From the human T2T-CHM13v2.0 reference genome, Homo sapiens: a DNA stretch of 64,000 bases. The stretch lies in the NCBI RefSeq assembly GCF_009914755.1, contig NC_060928.1. One strand, 5' to 3'. The stretch's first letter is position 1. The number at the start of each line of letters is the position of its first letter. Position numbers and translations under genes: made by a program. Below are positions 15,481 to 29,700 of this stretch, piece by piece. The notes below the pieces were generated by a model. It did not search any database and was not told the origin of the DNA. It was given only the letters and a program-made list of their open reading frames with translations.

Positions 15481-15889
15481 TAGAAAATTTTTTTGTTACC
15501 CCCACTTTACATGTGAAATGCTACCTACCCTTAAGCAGCTTGTATCTGGCAGAGTTTCCTAAGAAAAGCATGTCTATATGGCTCACTCCATGACTTTCTT
15601 AGGAAGATTCCTTTAAATGTCATGCAGTTTTCCATTTTCTCCTTCATCCCTTAACATTAGACCTTCCAGGTGTTTCTTGTTCATTCTAAATGAAAAGCGC
15701 GTACAGAAGAACAAAGAATAAATTGCATAATCTGGTTAGCACCTAAGTGGCAGAATCCTAATTCTGGTCCCTGTTGACAAAGCCAGTGTATCTTTTCCTA
15801 CATGAAAAGAAGAAAACTTAAGAGGGAGCAATGACTTTGGGCTGGAGGGAAATGATCAGAATTTAAGCTGGATACTAAAGGGTACTATG

Positions 15890-16260
15890 CTCGTTAGAGA
15901 TTGCATTGATCTGCATGTGACACATTTCAGCTAAAAATTTCGCTGAAATTTTTTCTCTTATAAAAAGTGCTCACAGCCAGATGGTGCCTGGCTTTGGTTC
16001 ACCAGCTTGAGGATGCTAGGGCTAAATTTCCTTTCTCTATTCTTCATGTTGTCAGATGGATGTTGAAGCTCCAGCCATTACAACATTATTTAGACAGCAG
16101 GGGAGAAAAAGGAAATGGGAAGTTTGACACCTGTATTAGTAGAGCAAATTTGCCCTCCTATGCCTGGCACATTTCCAGTTTTCTGTCATTTTTCAGAAAT
16201 GTGTCATATGATCATCCCTTCCTATAAGAGACTTTGGAAAGGTGAAGTTTTACCTTTTAA
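15890..16260 (-). mobile_element. Old MLT1 (J/L-like) LTR remnant
   Basis: Degenerate MLT1-like phrases ('gatgttgaagctccagccatta', 'gtgtcatatgatcatcccttcctataagagactttggaaaggtg'). Confidence 0.4.
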
Positions 16261-16466
16261 GGGTCATGACAGTGAATCTGATGAGACTGGTAAAATGATG
16301 GGAATGTATACCGAGTGAACTACAAATTACGTGCCCCAAAGGTGGGCTTACTTGTATGACCAGAGATGGGAGAAAGAAATTACACGCAACCAAAGGTTCA
16401 GAGATTTTGGAGACTGATGAATAATCTAGTCAGAATCAGAAAGCAGTGGTTCTTAAGGGTCAACCA

Positions 16467-16778
<312 letters not shown>

Positions 16779-18672
16779 TCAACCAAAGGAGTGGGGAAAC
16801 ATTTATTTAAAAACAGAAAAAAGTCTCATGAGAGATACAAACGAAGGCAGTGTTTTAGAAATTACAGAGATTATGGTTACAACTCTAAGAAAGATAGACT
16901 GTAGGAGGAAAAGTGAGAAAATGTGAAGATAATCCTTGAGAATAGCTTCACTGAGAAAGCGGTAATAAGACCAAGGAAAGGTGTGGCCAGAGAAGCAAGA
17001 CAAGGTGGAAAGTGAGTAGCGTCACAGAAGCCCATGCAGTGAAGGAACGCAGGGTCGCTATTTGGAGACTTCAACTATTCTACACTTGCATTAAGAAAAA
17101 TGAAACGAAAAACCCACTGCTTTTAAAGTTTCTTCCATGACTTCGGAAAGAAATTCTCGTAGACTCTCTGGGAAATGTCAAGACTCAAGGCTTGAGCTAA
17201 TTGATGGAAGAGGATAGCAGCTGGAATAAAATACAAATTATTTTAGAAGTTTTACTGTCAAATAGAAGGGAATTCAGTGAGGATGGGAGTTACAGAAGAT
17301 AACAAACATAAGAAAAGTTATTTTATGTAGTTTTTGTGTTCTGTTGCTAATGAGGAAATATTAGCATGTGTGTCAGAAAAATGCTGGTGGAAATTTAGAG
17401 ATTAAAATGGAAAAAAATAGGAGGGAAAATACTTGGTTTTTTAAGTGGATGTTTTATTTATTTTTGATTGTTCAAAGTCTGATAATGTACAGACTTACCT
17501 ATTTGCCAAATACAGTTCATTTGTTTAAGTAAGAGGGAATAACATTTATTAAACTGTTGAATGTTTACTATATTCCAGCCAAGTTACATAGGTTATCTCA
17601 TTTGGTGATTGAAAAATTCCTAAGAATATCTGCTTCAAAATGTTGTTATGAGAATGCAATTATCAACATGTAAAATGCTTAAAATAGGTCCTACCATGTT
17701 ATAAGCAGTACTACTATAGTTATAATTAATAGCGATTGTAGAAACAATCTTTTACACTGCTTTCTTTTATAGAAAACTGGAGTTCAAGTAATTTAATAAA
17801 TGGATCTGCATTAATGAAAGAAAGTAAATTAGAAATTACCTTGAAAGAAACTAAATTAGAATTCTGTCTCAGGTGTGTCTGACTCCAAACCCCACTGAGT
17901 TTCAGGAGGAACGGATTCTGTTAAACATCTTAAGGAGAGTGTCACAGCCATAGGCCTAGTTCAGGGACAGGGACAGTCTTCTACAGACTTAGTAGAGGAG
18001 TTGAGTTTATCAAAAGCAATAAATAATTCAAAACCCAATTCTTAGATAAGGTTATGGTTATTAAAAGAGAATACAAGGTAGGAACAAAATGTCAGCAGCA
18101 AAATGGGTAACCAGGATGAGCACAAGTTGGAGTTATTAGTAGTCAGGGTATTGCCTAATATTGGTGAGGTGCTCCTTAAATTTCTTCTGCTGAAATGTTA
18201 GATTTTTTTTCTGGAGGCTAGAACTATCCTACACTTGCATATGGGAGGCAAATAAATTTAACTTTTGGAAAGAATGGCATGCAAATGCTAAGAATCAGAT
18301 AAGGCATTTAATACTAAAAACTCAGTTATTAAATCAAGTTAAATAGAATAATCCTAAATTCTTTAAAAGTTTATGTAGTGCAGTTTGCAATATACTGAAT
18401 CACTGATTCTTGGATCTTAGGGCATTATATCAATTTATATACATATAGTCAATCAATCCATATATGGTCAATTTTTCATTAAAAAGTAATTGTTATTAAC
18501 CATAGAAATAAGCACTCATAAATAGAAACCACATGTAGTTACTGTATTCTTAATTTTGGAGACTTTAATGACTTTGAAATATTAATGTATGTATTTATTT
18601 ATCCTTCACTTCACAAACATTTATTATAAAGTACCGTTCAGAAGCCAGTATGCTTGGAAATAAATAATGAGC

Positions 18673-19043
<371 letters not shown>

Positions 19044-19272
19044 TTATATACCATCACATAACATATAGATTACAAAAGTAATACAAGAAAGATTTCCAAA
19101 TGAAGTAACGTATTCTTTCACACTGAATCTAAGATTTGTATATATAATTATATAAATAATTCTATCCAATTAGAAAGGTTAAAAAAGGCAAATATAACAG
19201 TTATTTTAAAATCCCAGGGACTGTGTGTATGTGTGTTTAGTAAAGAAGCTGTCAAAATTAATCTTTTAGAAT

Positions 19273-19881
19273 TGTAACTGAATGCAAGTCCAGCTGCTCA
19301 CTGCTCGAGGGCCAGAATACAAGAAGCAAAGTGTAGTGAAAGGAAAGCAACTTCATTCAAATGCTAGCAGTTGGGAAATGGTCAGGTTCTTGCCTCCAAA
19401 AGACCACTTCAAATGTTAGTCTTGGGAGAAGGGGTTTAAAAGGGAGGGACTTGGTATGGAAACCAGCAGGAGAAACGCAGGATGCAGGTCTGAATATCTT
19501 GTTCCAAAGGCTATCTTGAGTCATCGTCCACCTGGAGTGCTGGCTGGACCATCTCGGTTGTGGCTGGGTGGTAGATTATCTGTCCTGAGGCAATCTCCTC
19601 GTTGGGGAGAATTCTGCAGCTGGGCCTCCTTGCCTGGCTTGTTATAAAATTAGGCCCTGGAATTTCTTAACAAGCATGCAGTTAGATAAGTGTGCATGGT
19701 GCAAGGGACTGTCTGCTGGGAAACAGGGAAGCAGAGTTTCGAAGTACATTTCAAGGCTTTATCTCAAGGCTAAGAAAAAATGTTTCTACAATCTGTTTCA
19801 AGGTTACATCTTAAGACTTGAGAGGAAAAAAAGGAAAAAAAAGGTTTAAAATGAATTTCAAAGTTAAAATACTTGGTTACA
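19273..19881 (-). mobile_element. Solo LTR, ERV1-type (probably MER4 group; subfamily not assigned)
   Basis: TGTAAC...GTTACA inverted termini, 609 bp, near-TSD gaat/aaat (4 bp), GC-richer than its flanks. Confidence 0.7.
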
Positions 19882-20719
19882 AAATTAAATAAAATGCATT
19901 CATATGGGAACATAATCTCCGATATACGCACAAACACATATGCACGTAAATTTTCACTGCTATTGATGTTTACTATCTGTTCATTTAGTATAAATGCTTG
20001 TTTCAAGAAAGATTAAGTGTTAAAAATCGTAACTTTATCTGAGAGATGAATGAGTTAAGGCTAATTAAGTACTTCATTAAAGAAAGAGAACATACTAAAG
20101 TACTAATTATATTTAAAGCCTCAAACAATATACTTAAATTATGTACTGAGCAATTTTTTTTAAATGAGTAAGTTACAAGGCTTGTTCAGAGTAAAAAATA
20201 AGAGTGTTCTATCTATCGAAATCAAATTTTGCTAAGGCAGTTTCTAAAAATGATGAGCCAAGATGCTGTTATATATTTTAGCAAATGTTATATTTATGAA
20301 ACAATAACAATGCCAATTTATATTCTTTTTTGTGCTTAAGTACTAGATATAATGTCATGTAGGTCAGATGAAGGATATTTACATTTAAAGTGTACTGACA
20401 TCTCACTGGTTCTCAGTATAGATAGAAAGATGTTAACTAATTCTAGACTTTTAAAATTAATTCGGGGATAACCAACCATACAACAACTATTGAGTTTATA
20501 ATTTCCAATTCAGCAGAGAAAAAAAATATTGATAAACCTAATAATTGGAAATTGACTAAATGTCTTCATAAAGACAGAGATTTGTGGAATTCAATTTTTT
20601 AAAAAGTTCAACTATATAGGTGCTTTTTACAAGGAGTATAACTAAAATGTAAGGACATGAAACTTAATGATGCACACTTTTCCTGTGACTATTCAGCTTT
20701 GTTCAGAAAGTCTTAACAA

Positions 20720-20900
20720 GAGTATTGAGGTAAACAAATTAAATGCAATATATAAGAGTTGGAAAGGAAGAAAATGGAATGTTATTATTTTCGGATAACA
20801 AAATTATATATATAGAAAATACAACAGAATTTGCAGACAAATTACAGAAAAAAATAGAGTTTAGGTGGGAAGCTGAAGATGGGATCAATAAAGAAAAATA
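20720..20900 (+). mobile_element. Ancient L1M ORF2 (RT region) remnant
   Basis: 'ggaaaggaagaaaatggaatgttattattttcggataacaaaattatatatatagaaaat' resembles the degenerate FADD-region of L1 RT. Confidence 0.55.
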
Positions 20901-20939
20901 TTTTTCTTGTATAAAATATTAATAGCACAAACACCAACC

Positions 20940-21080
20940 ATCATAATCATAGTGAACCTTTTCTGTTTACTTACTGTCTATCAAACACTGTTCTAAGCAT
21001 TTTATGTGATAGGAATCATTCAAGCTTCACAACAACCCTATGGGGCACGTGCTCCTAACATCTCATTTTAGAGACTGACC
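20940..21080 (-). mobile_element. MIR fragment
   Basis: 'cacttactgtctatcaaacactgttctaagcattttat...cttcacaacaaccctatgggg...ctcattttagag'. Confidence 0.65.
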
Positions 21081-21236
21081 CACTTTCATATGGAAAATTC
21101 GTGTATGCTTGAATTGGCATTGTTGTTCAGGAGAGAATAAATGACATAAAGGCAACTGGTTAGCAATATGAAAAAAACAGAAAGAAATAAGATTCCTCCC
21201 TCACACCATACTCAAAAAATATTTGCAAGACTGACA

Positions 21237-21562
21237 GCCTCACCTCTTTCGAGTATTAGTTCAAATGTCACCTTTGCAATGATGCCTTTCACCGACTAAC
21301 TTTTAGAAACTGGAATCTGCCCGTCTGCCTTGCACACCTGATTTCCTTCATCTGCTCTAAATGCTTTCCTCCATAGCATCCATCACCTTCTTATTGTATG
21401 ATTTACTTATTTAATATGATTATTGCCTGTGGTCTTTGTCCTTTCCTGCAATGTCACTCCATAAGGACAGAGGTGTTTGTCTCTTTCCTTTACTGATACA
21501 TCTCAAGTGACTAGAACAGTCCCTGTCATGTAATAGATGCCTATGAAATATTTGTTGAATAA
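21237..21562 (+). mobile_element. L2 3' end (L2a-like)
   Basis: 'gttcaaatgtcacc...ctccataaggacagagg...ctagaacagtccctgtcatgtaatagatgcctatgaaatatttgttgaataa'. Confidence 0.75.
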
Positions 21563-22555
21563 CTTATAGATGGAGGATTCTGACCCAGGATAAATCTGCG
21601 TGAGGACTGATTCTATATTTGTTGTGAGGCTACTGAAGTTTATGCAGATAATGATTACCCTGTTACACATAAACTGATTTGTGTTATTAAAATAAACCAT
21701 TTCTTTAGAAGCCTTGGTAAATTATAAATCATTCACTGTAAAGACAGACGTTTTACTCATTCTATAGCTATTAAATAAGCTAGCCCAAAATATAATTTTA
21801 AAACTACACTGTTTAGTATGTATTCTGTTAAGGTTACTGGATATGCTAAATATAACTTTTCAATTAATGGTACTACTGTTGGTACATATATTTTAAAAAT
21901 TATTTCTAAGTGGTTAGAGGATCTGTACACAAAATAATAGACTAGGAAATCTGGACATCAGAGCTACTGTTGCATTGATTCACCTAGATAATCATGGGCA
22001 CATATTCTATATAAATTCTGAATGGGTAGTGGATGGGTCTGTGGTGTTCTTTGTCAAGAACCAAGCTCTTTGAAGAGCGCCTGGAAAATGGTAAGCACTC
22101 AATGCCTATTTGTTGAATGAATTGTTATATCAATGAGATAATCATTTATTTTCTATATTTCAGTCTTATTATCAGAAAATGAAAATAATGCCATCTATTC
22201 AATATTCCTCTTATTAGGTTAAGTGACAACATAAAACAACATGAATATCATTACAAGTGGAAGGTCAATGTCTTGTCCATCTTTCAAACAGTACTACTTT
22301 GCATATTTTATTTTATAATGTTGCTGTTTATCTGTAGTAGAGGCTGGAAATGTTAACTCTTTAAAAAGGCCTTGATTCCAGTATTTTTCACTCCTGCAGA
22401 ATAGATTTATCCTATTATGGGAATTATCTTAACATGTATTAGTGTAAGATGTTAGCAAGCCATTTAATTAAAATAATTATTATTTATATATACTTTTTAG
22501 GCTTACCAATGGCATTACTAAAATTTTATCAGTGATAGCTATTATTCAACTGAAG

Positions 22556-22891
22556 TTTTTGGGGTTTTGTTGGAGAAAGGGTTTTATTCTGTCACCCAGA
22601 CTGGAGTGCAGTGGTGCCATCATAGCTTACTGCAGCCTCGGACTCCTGGGCTCAGGGAATCAAGGGATCTTCCCACCCAAGATCCCCGAGTAGCTGGAAC
22701 TACAGGCACATGCTACCATACCTGGCTAATTTCTCTATTTTTTTTTTTTATTATTATTTTTTAGAAATAGGGGTCGTGGTATGTTGCCAGGACTGGTCTT
22801 GTACTCCTGATCTCAAGGATTCCTCAAGGATTCCTCCCACCTTTGCCTCCCAAAGTGCTGAGATTACAGGAGTGAGCCACCATGCTCAGTC
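22556..22891 (-). mobile_element. AluJ (Jo/Jr-like)
   Basis: J diagnostics 'catcatagcttactgcagcctcggactcctgggctca'; highly diverged. Confidence 0.88.
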
Positions 22892-24136
22892 CTGCTCCCC
22901 CTGCCCTCCAAATCCTAGGTTAAGCAAAGACAGATGAAATACAAGTATTTATGTCCTTGTGTTTATCATTGTACTAGCTCCTTCAGGAATTTCTATTGTA
23001 GGAGGCACATTGTTCTTTCTGGAAAATTTCCACTTCCCACTTCTCTGAGCTAAGTAGTTTGTTAAGAGATTTTTAATCATGCATAAAAACATAATGTGGT
23101 TTCTCATTCAATAAATTGTCAGTCACAAAACTATTTTTAAACAACATCAATATTTCAAGCAAGTACATCTACTAATGCATTGGCTGTTTCTTTGCTCAAT
23201 AAAGCACGTATTACAGAGACATTCTTAAATGTATTGTACATATTGAAGAGAAAATAAAATTCACTACCCTACAAATGCTATCCTCATAGCTTATCTTTTT
23301 AACTTAGCTTTCATGCAAATGGGCTTTCACCCATAAGCCTAATCCTGAAAAGAAATTGTAAGTGCTAAAGAAAAGATGCTTTGACTAAGTAAGTGTCAAT
23401 AAAAACAAAGCTCCTACAATATTACTCCATATAGAGCAGCTTAATCAGAATTTGTAAGTGATGGAAGTTAGAACATTTTAATAAGCTTTTTTTCTTTCTT
23501 TGTTTTTCAGCATTTTAGCTCCTCAGCCTTTCGTTCTAGGCCATGAAGTTAGTTAAGGACAAAGTTTTCTTCTCTTCTTTGAATATTTCTTCTTTCCATC
23601 TTGCAATCCTACATTTTCCTCTTTTCTTCAGAGATTTGTTTTCTTAAAAGAGATATTACTATAACCACAAACTAATTATAATGTTTAAGCAGCATAATTA
23701 TTTACCCCAGCTAAATGCATAGAAATACAGATGACAGAGAGCTCATCAGGAGTAAGGAAGGCTCCTGGGACCAAGGGGAATTCTTTCTGCAATGGGACAT
23801 TTCATTGTCCCTCAAATCACAAGTACCTACAATTAGTTTGTATAGTATCAGAAAACTATATTACAAAATAATAATTGCCAGTAAATTGTTTACTTTCATT
23901 ATGTATTATAATATAAATTCAAAAAATACTTAAAATAAAGGAACCAAAATAATGTTAGGATAATAATGCTGTTTTGCCCCAAATAAAGCCAAACAATCTA
24001 GGGATTATTTTCCTAAGGGAAAAAATACTATAAAGTTTTACATAAGACAGTATGAGAGTAATGTTTAAATATTTCTTATGAGGAAACAGAACAAGTTTAA
24101 ATGCTAAGAACTAGAAGAGTTAAATTCTAGTCTTAA

Positions 24137-24500
<364 letters not shown>

Positions 24501-25902
24501 TACTTAAGTTTTTAAACTTTAAATAAATCCATCATCTCTATATATTGAGAGCCGCACTTCTGTTAATGAAAAAATTAGAATAACACTGCATTATAAAGAG
24601 AATAGACTGCAATTGTTATATTGACTTTATATATTATTCATGTATTCACTGATATCACGGGACATTTTTTCCATAGCAGTAATTTTCTTCTATAATATGC
24701 TTAATGTGGATTGTAGTTACCTCGATGCTGATAACTAGGGAACCAAGTATAGGGTCTAACTCAAGACAGCTGCAAGATGGGGAATGAGAAAGAGACATAA
24801 GATAAAGGGAGAAAAGGCATACTCACTCAGAGTCTGAAAAATGACTGCAACTCTGCAGATTATAAAGATAGAATATTGGGAAAAAGTCATTTAAAGCCAC
24901 AGTCTATCTTATTCTATGAAAATAATACTTCAGTTTTAAAAAAATATCTTACCTAGGCATGTATTATTCGTGGTATGAAAATCAGTATTTGAAGGGACGT
25001 GCTTTGCCAAATACCACTTAGAGCTACTCAGGGGACACATTTGTTTCTGCCAGAAAGGTTAACAAAACAACATCTCCTTGAGAGATGGACAGTGAAACAC
25101 GTCTTTTTTTGGGGGTACTGTCTGAGTTGAGACCTCTTAGTCTTTGAGGATGGACCTTTATTGGAAATTTTTTTGATATTAGTTACTGTATACTAGATGC
25201 CAGAGACGTGAGTGGGAATGTGTGGCCTCTTCTCTCCAAAGTGTTAAATCAGGAAAAAAAAATCGTGGAATGAAGCAGATGATTGCAATAGCTTGTGATA
25301 AGTCCTTTCGTAGTGGGTGCTATGGAAAGAGACATGTGGGTTTGCGTGGTGTGTGGAGGGGGCAGGGGAGGTCTACACAGACTTTCTGGTGTGGAAGACT
25401 TCTGAGAAAAGAGTAGGAGGGAGGAGGAAGCGGGCCACAAGCAAAAAAAGCAGCATATGTAAGTGTGTGAAAGTGAGAGGGAAGCCCATGTGAGAATCCC
25501 ACATGAGGTCATAGCATGAAGAGAGAAATGAGAGATGAGACCACAGTACAGCTAAGCTAAATAGTTTCAAGATTATCTTGAAGACTATGGAATATCATGG
25601 GATTACTTTAAGTAAGGGAATAAGATGCTTTTTTTTTTTATAGAAATTATTGAGATGGAGAGAGGAGCCAGAAATGAAACCCAAATTGCGACCTTAGGTG
25701 CTTAGATGGATGGTGGAGGGCAAAGCGGGGAATGCATACTTTTATTTCGTTGTCAAAATGAATGAAGATACCTATCTAAACCTAAGTGAAGTTCCGTCTA
25801 AATCTAACAGAAAGTTGTATATGTCATGGAAGTGGATGAGAAGCAACTGGAGGAAAATAAAGACAGTAAGATAATCCTAGATTGGTTTAAAGAAAAAAAA
25901 CT

Positions 25903-26233
<331 letters not shown>

Positions 26234-26267
26234 TTACATGAGGTTGGTTTCTTTTTCAAACTAGGTC

Positions 26268-26783
26268 ATTTTTAAATAATTTTTAATTATTATAGGTACA
26301 TGATCATTGTATATATTTATGGGGTACATGTGATGTTTGATAGGGGCCTACAATGTGTAATGATCAAATCAGGGTAATTGGGGTATCCATCATCTTAAAC
26401 ATTTCTCATTTCTTTGTGTTAGGAACATTCCAGTTATACTCTTTTAGTTATTTAAAAATATACAACGCATTATTGTTAACTATGTTAACCCTATTGTGCT
26501 ACCATATACTATATTTTATTTATTCTATCTAACTGAATTTTTGTACCAATTAATCACTCCCACTTTGTAACCCCGAACCTCTCTACACTTTCCAGGCTCT
26601 GGTAACTCTTATTATACTTCATCTTCATGATTTCAGTTTTTAAAAAATGTTTAGCTCCCACACAGGAGCGAGAAAATGTGAAATTTGTCTTTTGGTGCCT
26701 GGCTTATTTCAGTTAACATAGTTCCAATTCTGTCCGTGTTGTTGCAGATAACAGGACTTCATTCTGTTTTATGGCTGAAGAAT
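26268..26783 (-). mobile_element. L1MA-type 3' end, 5'-truncated
   Basis: 'tatatatttatggggtacatgtgatgtttga...aatgatcaaatcagggtaattggg...ttagctcccacacaggagcgagaaaatg...tttatggctgaa'. Confidence 0.85.
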
Positions 26784-29700
26784 GTTTAAGATATCAGAAT
26801 TAGTGTAGTCCTCGGTGCTGCTGGTAGGTTCAGGGCGGCACACGGGCGGAGGTGAGACAGGGGAGGAGAAAGCTTCATGGAGTTGGGTTGCGTTGAAAAA
26901 TATCATGCCGCTGTGAGCTATTATTACCATGTGAATTGCCTTCCCGGACATTAACCTCACCTGGAATGATGACCTGCTGTCTTCAATTTCACAGAGAGCG
27001 TAAGACATTTCCTCATACATTTTTTTGTTATATTCGGTTATTTATTAATCAAGCATGCTTGTGCACAAAGGGGTTCACACAGTATTCTGTGAAGAAGTTC
27101 AATACATAGAAAACTTGGTTTTATGATTAAATACAGCCAAACCAGCACTAGCATGGTTGCCCTGGCAGCACATATATTTCAAATTGAATTAAAGTTTCAT
27201 AATATTTAGTTTGCATCTTTATTTCTGTAAACATAGCTCAATTGACACCCAAAGTGATGGCACTGGGGAGAACTAATGTGTGATTAGAAAGCAATGTCTA
27301 AAACAAATGCCTAAGAAGCTAATAGAAGGCAGTCGGGCTTTTGTACCTAACAGTCTTTATTCTTGTCTGAGGACATCTGCACTCAGGTTCACAGTCAAGC
27401 CGATTATCTGTTCTCTAAATCACCATTTGAAAAGCTTTCTTTTGTCATTATAAATAAAAGTTGAGAAAGCAAATCACTTTTCTGGTATTCGAACATATGT
27501 CACTGCATCAAAAGAAGAAATATAGAATAAGTGAAAGAGTTGGGAATAGAAAGCCAAAACTAGATTGCACGCTAGCCTTGCCAGTGACCAAACCAGCAGT
27601 GTGAACGCATGGACACTCCATTATGTATCCTACAGAAATCCCACCTCCACAAGGTTTCTGTCATTTGCAGTTTGATCTTGACCAGACAAATATCCCTAAA
27701 TAATCTGTAATTTTCTCATAGGTGAATGAAAACTGAATGGCAGGCCACATGTGGTCGTACGAATGTAACCTCCCAGTTGTCACAGTTGAAAATGCTTTAT
27801 TAAGTTACTTCTTATAAAATACTTATTGCCATTTTCTTGTACATTAACCTTTTAAAATAATTGCTTGCTTCTGAGTTAAAATTACCATATTTAAGTTTAG
27901 AAAAGTTAAGCAAAAACGAAGTATTTACTTAGAAAATAATCAAGAATGTCAAATTAGAGAGAATATAATGAATGTACCCATATGTAGATAAATATATGCA
28001 TACATACATATATAAAATAATGTTGATGTGCATCAACCAACATATGCTTGTATTTCTTTATAAAATTACGTAAATATCTGCTAACATTTATTTAGTTATA
28101 TTACCCATTTTATTAGTCCAGGAATCCAATCTGGCCAAAAGTTGAAGCTCTAAGATTATGTAATGTAGCTGTGTTCTGTGAATACATAGAATTTATTATT
28201 GAGATTTTGTATTAACTGTGAATTGAGCTTTATAAATTCTCACATACTTGATTTGCTAAAGCGTTCATCTTAATGGCTTTGAGTCAAAAAAAAAATGCAT
28301 GTTTAATACTTGCAGAAATACTAAAATAGCTGGAAGAAAACTTGGTTTTAAGAAGCTAGCACTGAAAATTATATTTTATTTCATTAGCATAAGTGGGATA
28401 TTGACAGTCTCTCACAAGAAGAGAAAACATAGTTGCCTTTTTTGTCATTTTAAGAAAGATTTTACAAGCCAACTCAATGGAAAGGTGATATCCAGGCATA
28501 TATTGCTAATCATAGTTAAATACTTTTAACAAAACATGCCCTTAGTTTGGGGTAAGTTAAACCAACGATTGCTTTTTATGAGACTGTGAATATATTCATT
28601 TAATTGCATCAAGTGAATCTGTACTTTCAACCAGGCATTTTTTATACAAACTTCTTAATCAAATTTTAAGTGTGTATTCAAATTAAGGGAATCAATAAGC
28701 AGTGTTTCATATATTCTTATGCAAATGTCATTTTTATGTCATTACTTAGCATTCATATGAAAATGTCTTTATATTTACAAAATATTTGTGTATTAGTATA
28801 AATACATGGAGATATATATATATATATATAGTATATCTGTTATCTAGCATTATGACATCTAATTGGAAGGATTCGGAGAACTCATTTATTTGAAAGATTC
28901 CTCAGCGTAAAAGAGACTAGTTATCAATTATTAAAATACATTATCAGAGAAATGACAAACCACAAATTAAATACTGATTGTTGGAAAACATAAAAAGTAT
29001 GCTAAAAACCATGTGTCACCAACAGACATATTTACTTCCTGATTTAATTAAGATGCACCTTTAAGTTATATAGAGTAAGCTGTGCTTTAGAAAGAGCAAT
29101 TTAGTTTTTTATCTACTTATTTAATGAAATAATATTTATATAATATTTATTTATGTTGAGAATGGAGAACATATTTTAAAATAATTCAATGGAATTAAAT
29201 TTATTATACAACCACAGGCAGTATGCTGTCTGAAATAGATTATTTCTAGTATTAAATATGACAATACAATTATTCTTAGATCACTCTGGTCATTTTCATA
29301 CAGATATACTCACTATAGCATGGTTTCTGAAAAAAAAGACTCTTGAAACATTTCCACAAGTAGAAGCTATCATGTACTGAGTGTCATTATGACATAGCCC
29401 AAGGAAGTAATTACTTTCAATGCATCTACTTGAGGAAAATATGACACAGATAGAATGAATAATTTAACTAACAATTCAACTAAAATTCCACAGCTAATAA
29501 TATTTTATTGTAATTTTTGTATATAATTAAGTAGTCCTGATTCAGACAGTCAATAACTTAATGTAAACAGAGTAAAACAAGTTTGTTCAGTTAGTGGAAA
29601 GAATAAGGAACAATGGAGCAATCTGCATATGTCCACTTCTTGGTATTTAGTTTAATCCTTATTAGTTTCCTGAAATGTTGTTTCTAAAGGAAAACTACAC

